Source: Malacoraja senta
Taxonomy: Eukaryota
Assembly (NCBI GenBank): GCA_038087875.1
Contig: JAXLNO010004250.1
Span: 186,001 to 250,000 of the forward strand
Direction: 5' to 3'
Length of the DNA stretch: 64,000 nt
Shown here: positions 38,045 to 47,754 of the stretch, piece after piece
How the letters are laid out: each line of letters begins with the position of its first letter
Position numbering within the stretch: the first letter of the stretch is position 1
Program-made: the position numbers and the translations under genes
The notes under the pieces: model-generated
What the model was told of the DNA's origin: nothing
Seen by the model: only the letters and a program-made list of their open reading frames with translations
Databases searched by the model: none

Positions 38045-38519
38045 CTACACAGGTGAATGAAAATAGATCAGTAACAGCAACAGGAAGGAACTGCAGATGC
38101 TGGTTTATACCGAAGATAGACACAAAATGCTGGAGTGACTCAGCGGGTCAGGCAGCATCTCCGCAGGGAAGAAAGTCAGATTCAGATTTTTCATGGCCAC
38201 TACTACAGCACCACAGACTTGGGGAACTTATTCTACACATTTAATCCTCGTTTATACACAGTAATCTCAATGTCGATCTAATGGAGATTACACTGGTGAA
38301 TTAAATCATTGGCTATGAGTGTTTATATTGATGTCGTGCCTTGAGAAAGAAGGCATGAACTTTCCAAGGTGGTCAATGTGTCAGGTCATGTTAAAGTGTT
38401 TGGTGTATGGACAGTTAGATATCAGTGGCAGCACAAAGTGGAGAAGTGGCCATAGACCTGGACACAGATGTGATGGAGGAGGGTGGAGAGTAGACAGTGG
38501 ACAAGTATGGTCGCAGATA

Positions 38520-38690
38520 AAATGTGTAGGAAGCAACTACAGATGATGATTTATTCACAACATGCTGGAGTATCTCAGCGGGTCAAGCAGCATCTCTGAA
38601 GAAGGGTTCCGACCCAAAACGTCACCCATCCATTTTCACCAGAGATGCTGCCTGACCCGCTGAATAATTCCAGCACTTTGTGTCTATTTC
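38520..38690. mobile_element. Penelope-like terminal fold-back with central hammerhead-like motif
   Basis: Inverted arms gctgga..cagcgggtca.gcagcatctctg around CTGAAGA-A-GGGTTCCGACCC-AAAA-CGTC (38596-38623). Confidence 0.7.
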
Positions 38691-38869
38691 TGGTCTCCGA
38701 TAGTTCTCCAGCGAGAGACCCTCTGGGCTCCAACAAGAAAAGCTGCGCCTTGGGAATGAGACCACAGCAGCACAGTGCTGGTGGGTCTACGCGAACGTTA
38801 ATGCCTTTAGCGGAGTGAAAGTTAGTTCAGAACTCGCTTTTGTGGAATGATTTCCAGCTTTTCACGTAC

Positions 38870-39154
38870 CTGATATCTGGAGATGGGCCTCTCGTGTTTT
38901 CCCCAATGACCTACTTCGTATGTAACAGGAATACCTGTTTACAGAATCACTTGTGACATCGATGTGACTGTGGACAGTGATCAGCCCGCTGGAATCCTCA
39001 GTGAACAGAGTGTCAGACCGCACTGTCACATCTTGTCCATTCCCATCCAGCCACCGTATCTCCGGCTTGGGAAACCATCCATCCGACTTACACACCACAC
39101 GTACTCCTTGCGTGGTGCTTTCCTCCAAGCGGATCCAGGGCAGGAGGCCAAATC
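38870..39154 (-). CDS. BTN-like gene, IgC exon
   Basis: ttgcag|GA TTT GGC ... ATA TCA G|gtacgt, 285 nt, phase 1-1. GFGLLPWIRLE...VVCKSDGWFPKPEIRW...YSCYI contains the BTN IgC motif C.S.GWFP.P...W. Confidence 0.92.
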
Positions 39155-39354
39155 CTGCAATTGGGGTGTAATCGGTAAACACGACTGTTACACATGTATC
39201 TCACCAGGAAAAGGCTTTCCGTGTGCTGGGTCAGTGAGCAGCAGATGACACCGGGGCCTGAAGAGCCACAGAAAGAGCAGCGGTGGGAACTCCAACGATC
39301 GTTGGTTGGGTCACCGGGTACCGCCACGTTACCGCCCCATCACCTCGTTGTCAC

Positions 39355-39605
39355 CTTCCCCTTCAGCTAACAATGATCCGTTCTACATTCTCCTTGAACC
39401 GCGTCCCCTTTGATTTATCTTTTTCACACCTTACCCTTCCATATCTCTAGACTCCCTCTCCCATGATTCCCAGTCTGAAGATGGGTCTCGACCCGAAAAG
39501 TCACCCATTCCTTCTCTCCACACATGCTGCCTGTCCCACTGAGTTACTCCAGCATTTTATGTCTACCTTCACTGTAAACCTACATCTGCAGTTCCTTCCT
39601 ACACA
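39355..39605 (+). mobile_element. Penelope-like terminal repeat with hammerhead-like motif
   Basis: CTGAAGA-T-GGGTCTCGACCC-GAAA-AGTC at 39475-39502 followed by the standard terminal block. Confidence 0.7.
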
Positions 39606-39781
39606 CAACCTCTCCATTGCCATTCCGTTCCAGGCCATGTCACTCCCAGCCTGTGCCGAGGCAGCGGTCTGCATTGTCAGTAACCCTTGAACTTCCCAGT
39701 AAAATCCCAGTCTGAGGGGCCGCTTATTGACATTCCCGGTGTAAACCCTGGTGTGAACTATGTGCCTCCAGAGGGACTCAC

Positions 39782-40129
39782 CTTCAACCTGCAGCCGCAG
39801 CGCCTCCTGCTGATGGGACGTGGGGGTGCTGATGGAACATGTGTAGATTCCAGCATCTGATACTTTGACCCTCTTCAGTTTAAGCGATGCGTTTCCACGG
39901 GGAAACTCTTCCCGAAAGAGTTCCGTCCTCCCTCGATAAGCCCCGTCCTGCACCTCAGGTCGGTCCTGGCCGCCGGTGTATAAATGTACCGGTGACCCCG
40001 GGCTCGTTGTAAACCATCGAACCTCCAGAGCGTCCAGTGATGTATCCGGTACCTTCTGACATTCCAATAGGGCATCTTCACCCACCATGGCCACCACCGG
40101 ATAGTCCGGCACAATCACATAGAACTCCT
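39782..40129 (-). CDS. BTN-like gene, IgV exon
   Basis: ttttccag|AG GAG TTC ... GTT GAA G|gtgagt, 348 nt, phase 1-1. EEFYVIVPDYPVVAMVGEDALLEC...EVRWF...AYRGRTELF...GNASLKLKRVKVSDAGIYTC has the BTN/B7-type IgV motifs. Confidence 0.93.
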
Positions 40130-40144
40130 CTGGAAAATACAATG

Positions 40145-43100
40145 GTTGGGGGGAGGGACTCAAATAGAGAAAGCTAGTAGACAATGTGGGAGGCAGGAGG
40201 CAGAGAAGGGAAGCACTAGGACCCAAAATGTAGGGGAGAAAGAAGAAAAAGATAATAAACAGCGAATGGGAGGTGGGGGGTTTCTTAAATGTGTATATTT
40301 TAATGCTAGGAGCATTGTAAGAAAGGTGGATAAGCTTGGAGCCTGGATTGACACCTGGAAGTATGATGTTGTGGCGATCAGTGAAACATGGTTGCAGGAG
40401 GGCTGTGATTTGGAAACTAAATATTCCAGGATTTCGTTGCTTCAGGTGTAATAGAATTGGAGGGGCAAGAGGTGGGGGTGTTGCATTGCTTGTCAGGGAA
40501 GATATTACAGCATTGCTTTGGCAGGATAGATTAGAGGGCTCGTCTAAGAAGGCTATTTGGGTGGAACTGAGAAATGGGAAAGGTGTAGCAACACTTATAG
40601 GGGTGTATTATAGACCGCCCAATGGGGAGCGAGAATTGGAAGAGCAAATATGTAAGGAGATAGCAGATATTAGTAGTAAGTACAAGGTAGTGATTGTGGG
40701 AGATTTCACTTTTCCACACATAGACTGGGAAACACATTCTGTAAAAGGGCTGGATGGTTTGGAGTTTGTAAAATGTGTGCAGGATAGTTTTTTGCAGCAA
40801 TACATAGAGGTACCTACTAGAGAAGGGGCAGTACTGGACCTCCTGTTAGGAAATGAGACAGGGCAGGTGACGGAGATATGCGTTGGGGAGCACTTCGGGT
40901 CCAGTGATCACAATACCATTAGTTTCAATATAATTATGGAGAGGGTCAGAACTGGACCTGGGGTTGAGATTTTTGATTGGAGAAAGGCTAACTTTGAAGA
41001 GATGCGAAAGGATTTAAAAGGAGTGAATTGGTACATTTTGTTTTATGGGAAGGTTGTAGATTGAAATGGAGGACATTTAAAGGTGACATTTTAAGAGTAC
41101 AGAATCTTTATGTCCCTGTTCGGTTGAAAGGAAATAGTAAAAATTGGAAAGAGCCATGGTTTTCAAGGGAAATTGGACACTTGGTTCGGAAAAAGAGAGA
41201 GATCTACAATAATTATAGGCAGCATGGAGTAAATGAGGTGCTTGAGGAGTATAAAGAATGTAAAATGAATCTTAAGAAAGAAATTAGAAAAGCTAAAAGA
41301 AGATATGAGGTTGCTTTGGCAACTAAGGTGAAAGTAAATCCAAAGGGTTTCTACAGCTGTATTAATAGCAAAAGGATAACAAGGAATAAAATTGGTCCAT
41401 TCAAGAGTCAGAGTAGACAGCTATCTGCAGAGCCAAAAGAGATGGGGGAGATATTGAACAATTTCTTTTCTTCGGTATTCACGAAGGAGAAGGATATGGA
41501 ATTATGTGAGGTAAGGGAAACAAGTAGGGTAGCTATGGAAACTATGAGATTCAAAGAAGAGGAAGTACTGACACTTTTGAAAAATATGAAAACGGATAAG
41601 TCTCCAGGTCCTGACAGGATATTCCCGAGGACATTGAGGGAAGTTAGTGTAGAAATAGCAGGGGCTATGACAGAAATATTTCAAATGTCATTAGAAACGG
41701 GAATAGTGCCGGAGGATTGGCGTACTGCGCATGTTGTTCCATTGTTTAAAAAGGGTTCTAAGAGTAAACCTAGCAGTTATAGACCTGGTAGTTTGACGTC
41801 AGTGGTGGGCAAATTAATGGAAAGGATACTTAGAGATAATATATATAAGCATCTGGATAAACAGGGTCTGATTAGGAACAGTCAACATGGATTTGTGCCT
41901 GGAAGGTCATGTTTGACTAATCTTCTTGAATTTTTCAAAGAGGTTACATGGGAAATTGATGAGGGTAAAGCAGTGGATGTTGTCTATATGGACTTCAGTA
42001 AGGCCTTTGATAAGGTTCCTCATGGAAGGTTGATTAAGAAGGTTCAATTGTTGGGTATTAATGGTGGAGTAGCAAGATGGATTCAACAGTGGCTGAATGG
42101 GAGATGCCAGAGAGTAATGGTGGATGGCTGTTTGTCAGGTTGGAGGCCGGTGACTAGTGGGGTGCCTCAGGGGTCTGTGTTGGGTCCACTGTTGTTTGTC
42201 ATGTACATCAATGATCTGGACGATGGAGTGGAAAATTGGATTAGTAAGTATGCAGATGATACTAAGATAGGTGGTGTTGTGGATAATGAAGTCGTTTTTC
42301 AAAGTCTACAGAGAGATTTAGGCCATTAGGAAGAGTGGCTGAAAGATGGCAGATGGAGTTTAATGCTGATAAGTGTGAGGTGCTACATCATGGCAGGACA
42401 AATCAAAATAGGACGTACATGGTAAATGGTGGCGAATTGAGGAATGCAGTTGAACAGAGGGATCTAGGAATAACTGTGCATAGTTCCCTGAAGGTGGAAT
42501 CTCATGTAGATAGGGTGGTAAAGAAAGCTTTTGTTGTGCTGGCCTTTATAAATCAGATCATTGAATATAGAAGTTGGGATGTAATGTTAAAATTGTACAA
42601 GGCATTGGTGAGGCCAATTCTGGAGTATGGTGTACAATTTTGGTCACCTAATTATAGGAAGGATGTCAACAAAATAGAGAGAGTACAGAGGAGATTTACT
42701 AGAATGTTGCCTGGGTTTCAGCAACTAAGTTACAGAGAAAGGTTGAACAAGTTAGGTCTTTATTCTTTGGAGCGCAGAAGGTTAAGGGGGGACTTGATAG
42801 AGCTCTTTAAAATGATGAGAGGGATAGACAGAGTTGATGTGGATAAGCTATTTCCATTGAGAGTAGGGAAGATTCAAACAAGAGGACATGACTTGAGAAT
42901 TAAGGGACAGAAGTTTAGGGGTAACATTAGGGGGAACTTCTTTACTCAGAGAGTGGTAGCTGTGTGGAATGAGCTTCCAGTGGAAGTGGTGGAGACAGGT
43001 TTGATTTTATCATTTAAAAATCAATTGGATAGGTATATGGACGAGAAAGGAATGGAGGGTTATGGTCTGAGTGCAGGTAGATGGGACTTGGGGAGAATAA

Positions 43101-43165
43101 GTGTTCAGCACGGACTAGAAGGGACCGAGATGGCCTGTTTCCGTGTTGTAATTGTTATATGGTTA
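40145..43165 (+). mobile_element. Relatively young CR1 with near-complete ORF2 (EN+RT), a few disruptions
   Basis: LKCVYFNARSI, GGGVALLV, RT motifs and an (ATATGGTT) tail. Same subfamily as 59050-61545 and 54046-54570. Confidence 0.95.
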
Positions 43166-44699
43166 AGCTTCAGAATATTTGTGGAATCTTTCGTGCTGGC
43201 GTTTTAAAGAAAGCAAATGTGATTATTTTGTTATAGTTTGGAACTCTTCCAAATATCATTGGTCTGGATACATTGCTCATATGAAAGATTCAATGCATAA
43301 TGAACGCTGCTGCATTTATTTTCGACCTGAAACGTCACCTATCCCTCTGCCTGACCCAGTGAGTTGTTCTAGCATTTTGTGTCTGCCTTCGGCATAAACT
43401 AGCCTCTGCAGTTCAATAGCCACATATTCTTGTGTACTTTCCTTTCCCACCAATTAAACAGGTCAGGGGTACACCGAACACACTGCCTTCACTCTCCCGC
43501 ACACTAAGGAATCCAGCAAGTTGAAAAATATCCTTTAAAGAAACAAATCTGCTGCCCTTCCCCAGTCTGTGACTCCATGTAATCCCCAGACACACAGCAA
43601 TGTTGTACACTTTGATCCACAATCTGAAATGCCCCCCACCCTCGTCAACATGGTTCAGAGGCAATTGGAGATGGGCATTAAATGCTGGCATTGCCAGTAA
43701 TGCCATTTCAGAGTGGAAATTGTTTAAACACCGATTCACGTTTAAACACAATTGTGATTCGAATGCAGCCACAAACACTGAACAAGAAACTTTACTGGAT
43801 TCACTTCAAATCATTCATGACTTTGCAAACCCAATAAAAGCCGGACTTCTCCTCCACTTGAGAGTCACTTCAGTAGCAGAGCTCACAATATGAGCTGACA
43901 CTTCAGTGGAGGGTTGACCCGGTGTTGTACCGTTGCAGGTGGGGTCTGGTCCAAGATACTCTGAAGTCCTAGAAACTCCAGCACTTGTGGTAGAATGGAA
44001 CAGCTCAGAACATTCTTTAATGAGGAAGTTCTCCCAGTGTCCCGGTCAACATTCCCCCACCAACACACAGACTCTCTAAACATGAGTGTCTGTGCGACTG
44101 TTGCTGACTACAAATTGCAGACAGGTTTGCATGGACAGTTAGATTATCTTTCCTTGAAGACAATTTGAATCTGTTAACTGAAGATTCACACAGGATATTG
44201 AGAACTGGGTAACCCAGATAAGAACTGATCATCAGTGTGATGTGAGGTTTCAATATTTAGGAGAGAAATGGTGAATTGGGAGACAAGCAGTCTCTTCCCA
44301 GCTTTAAGTGCTGGAACTGTGGTGATAATGAGAGGAAAGAACCCCGTGGATGGTGGAAATCTGAAAGGGGAAATGCCAGCTAGTGTGTGAATGGCAAGTA
44401 CAGGCCTGATGTGTCCACACTCTGCAGTAACACACGCCACATGGAGCTGTGTAGTAGAGGCTGCTGAATGCCATGGAAACAGACAGTACAATAATGTAAA
44501 TAGACCCTTCATGGAGAGAGCAGATTGGGAGAGGTAGGAAAATGGTTGGTGCGTCTGTTCAATTGGAAATGGCCAGCCCATAATTAGAGTCATAGTCGTA
44601 GAGTGATACAGTGTGGAAACAGGTCATTCGGCCCAACTTGTCCACACCGGCCAACATGTCCCAGCTACACTAGTCCCACCTGCCCACCTTTGGTCCATA

Positions 44700-46120
44700 T
44701 CAAGTCAAGTTTATTCGTCACATACACATACGAGATGTGCAGTGAAATGAAACGTGGCAATGGTCGCGGACTTTGTGTAAAAAACAAACAAACAAACAAC
44801 TACAAACAGAATGGAATAGAATCACATATTCCTTTACATATTAAATATTGTGGGCGGAAGGATAAAGGGAAAAAAATGGGGGGAAAAACAGCAATTAAAA
44901 AAACCCAGTAGAGTGGTCCCTGGTGAGATAGGAGTTCACAGTCCTTATGGCCTCTGGGAAGAAACTCCTTCTCATCCTCTCTGTTCTCACAGCATGGCAA
45001 CGGAGGCGTTTGTAGCAGCTGGAACAGTCTGTTGCTGGGGTTGTGGGGTCTCCCATGATCTTGTTGCCTCTGGATCTGCACCTCCTGATGTATAGTTCCT
45101 GCAGGGGGGGCGAGTGTAGTTCCCATAGTACGTTCGGCCGAACTCATTACGCTCTGCAGAGCCTTCTTGTCCTGGGCAGAGCTGTTCCCAAACCAGATTG
45201 TAATGTTTCCGGACAAGATGCTTTCCACAGCCGCTGAGTAGAAGCACTGGAGGATCCTCAGAGACACTCTGAATTTCCTCAATTGCCTGAGGTGGTAAAG
45301 GCGCTGCCTTGCCTTACTCACCAGTGCTGCAGCGTGTGATGTCCATGTCGGATCCTCTGAGATATGGACTCCCAGGTATTTAAAGCAGCTCACCCTATCC
45401 ACAGTATCCCCATTTATCCTCAATGGTGTGTACGTCCTCGGATGATGTGCCCTCCTAAAGTCCACGATCAGCTCCTTAGTTTTTTTGATGTTCAAGAGGA
45501 GGCTGTTGTCCTGACACCAGAGTGCCAGATCAGCCACCTCCTCCCGGTAGGCCTTCTCATCATTATCGGAGATCAGGCCCACCACCACAGTGTCATCAGC
45601 AAACTTGAATATAGAGTTGGAGCTGAACCTAGCCACACAGTCATGTGTGTACAGGGAGTACAGTAGGGGGCTGAGGACGCAACCCTGGGGGGATCATGTG
45701 CTCAGGGTGAGGGACTTCGATGTATTCCCTCCCATCTTGACTACCTGGGGCCTGGCGGTGAGAAAGTCCAGGGTCCAGGCACACAGGGGGGTGTTGAGCC
45801 CTAAGTCTGGTGGGGACTATCGTGTTGAAGGCTGAACTGAAGTCTATGAACAGCATCCTCACGTAGCCCCCCTTCTGACTGTCAAGGAGAGAGAGAGAGC
45901 GGTGTGCAAAACCTGGGAGACCGCATCGTCCGTGGATCTGTTCGGACGGTATGCGAATTGTAACTGGTCCATGTTGCGAGGGAGGAAGGCACAGATGTGT
46001 TTCTTCACCAGCCTCTCAAAGCATTTTATGACTACGGAGGTGAGGGCCACCGGACGGTAGTCATTCAGACGGGCTGGGGAGGCATTTTTAGGTACCGGTA
46101 CAATGATGGATTTTTTTGAA
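44700..46120 (-). mobile_element. Rex1/Babar-type LINE, 5'-truncated
   Basis: [50 protein letters not shown], and a (TCAAG)n tail. Confidence 0.9.
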
Positions 46121-46127
46121 GCCATTT

Positions 46128-46585
46128 TTTATCCCTCCAAACCTGTCCTATCCATGTACCACACCTGTCCTATCCATGTAACACACCTGTCCTATCCATG
46201 TACCACACCTGTCCTATCCATGTACCACACCTGTCCTATCCATGTACCACACCTGTCCTATCCATGTACCACACCTGTCCTATCCATGTACCACACCTGT
46301 CCTATCCATGTACCACACCTGTCCTATCCATGTACCACACCTGTCCTATCCATGTACCACACCTGTCCTATCCATGTACTACACCTGTCCTATCCATGTA
46401 CAACACCCGCCCTATCCATGTACCACACCTGTCCTATCCATGTACCACACCTGTCCTATCCATGTAACACACCTGTCCTATCCATGTACCACACCTGTCC
46501 TATCCATGTACCACACCTGTCCTATCCATGTACACCTGTACCACACCTGTCCTATACATGTACCACCCCTGTCCTATCCATGTAA
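46128..46585. repeat. 22-bp minisatellite, about 20 copies
   Basis: Unit CCTGTCCTATCCATGTACCACA. Confidence 0.95.
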
Positions 46586-47073
46586 GAGTATGGATTGAAG
46601 AATATTTGCCAACCTGAGCACATCCCAACAGGCTACAGTAGACATTTGGTGCCAAGGGAAGTGTCATCAGTGTTGTGATGCAGGAAGCCAAATGTACACA
46701 GCAAGCTCACACGGGCAGCAACGTGATAGCGACAAGATATTCACTTTCAGTGACACTGCTGAAGGACAAAGAATATTCAGGCAACCGAACATGTTCCTCT
46801 TCAGGGGACATGCTCTTCAGGTCAGCAGTTTCATCACAACTAAAGACAGTAGCTACAAAAGAGCAGCATCATCACAAACCCAGGCTGGAGCATCAGCCTA
46901 AAGCTGTGCCTCATGACTCAGCAAGGGCTTTGAATCCACCTTCTCCGACTCAACCCACACGGTCGCTGACTGTCCCGTTTCCGCCCAGTCTCAACTCATG
47001 CAAGACTAGACCGAGTGTACAAACTACCGAACAAGGCGCGATTGACTCTTGCAGTAACTATTCCACAGCTTAC

Positions 47074-47128
47074 CCATCATTGCAGTCTGGAGAAGTAGGA
47101 TCAGTACAATCCCGCATCGTCCCTTCAT
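47074..47128 (-). CDS. BTN-like gene, leader (signal peptide) exon
   Basis: Minus strand reads ccaag|ATG AAG GGA CGA TGC GGG ATT GTA CTG ATC CTA CTT CTC CAG ACT GCA ATG ATG G|gtaagc = MKGRCGIVLILLLQTAMM. 55 nt, hydrophobic core, strong donor, phase 1 matching the IgV acceptor. Confidence 0.8.
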
Positions 47129-47329
47129 CTTGGGATGAAATCACGGCACAGTTTGACTTGAAGGGAGAAAGCCGAGTAACATTGAATAAAAGGAGCATCA
47201 CTAGAGTATTGACATTAATATTATTCATAGTAAGGATTTAATTTGCTGTTATTTTAACTGGTACATCAATTCACAATAAATCAGTTATCAAGATGAGCAA
47301 AAACATACACAAACTGAAATTTCACTCAC

Positions 47330-47420
47330 CTAAATTGCACTGCTTGATTCCAGGACTGACATTTTAACTGGGATTTGTTCCATGTGCATTGGTATCGTTA
47401 TTAGCCCAGCGGCCACCGGG
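47330..47420 (-). other. Putative non-coding first exon of the BTN-like gene (5' end uncertain)
   Basis: Strong donor ATTTAG|gtgagt in unique sequence about 200 nt upstream of the leader exon. No open frame in phase 1. Confidence 0.5.
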
Positions 47421-47560
47421 GGAGAGACAGAGAGGGAGAGAGAGAGAGAGAGAGAGAAATCCTCTCAAGTTTTCATAAAATGGAAGGCAGAAATGGGCGG
47501 GGTGGAGGAAGTTAAACCAGGTGAGGTTTCCTCAATGCGGGCCGAGTCTTGCAAAACTGG
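47420..47560 (-). promoter_or_regulatory. Candidate promoter of the BTN-like gene
   Basis: The minus strand carries ACTTCCTC and GAGGAA (ETS-type), CCCCGCCC (GC box) and a (CT)n tract just upstream of the putative first exon. Motif inspection only. Confidence 0.35.
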
Positions 47561-47754
47561 TTCTGGTTGATCACTGCATAAACACCTCATCAAGTCAAGT
47601 CAAGTCAAGTCTATTCGTCACATACGCATACCAGATGTGCAGTGAAATGAGAAGTGGCAATGCTTGCGGATTGTGCAAAAAAAACAAACTACAAACAGAA
47701 TGGAACAGAATCAGTAATTACATATTTGTGGGAGAAAAAAAAGTAAAATAACTT

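Noticed and set aside
40130-40226. Signal-peptide-like N-terminus (MGPSASLLCLLPP...) in frame with the IgV exon in the ORF track
   Set aside because: It starts at TTG, is antisense CR1 sequence, and a proper ATG leader exon exists at 47074-47128.
44186-44593. ORF containing MKGLFTLLYCLFPWHSAAS, a possible alternative leader
   Set aside because: No convincing phase-1 donor follows it, and the rest of the ORF has no recognisable domain.
46103-46598. Repetitive Cys/His/Pro ORFs and a CRISPR-like appearance
   Set aside because: Pure tandem 22-mer with no unique spacers, in eukaryotic context.
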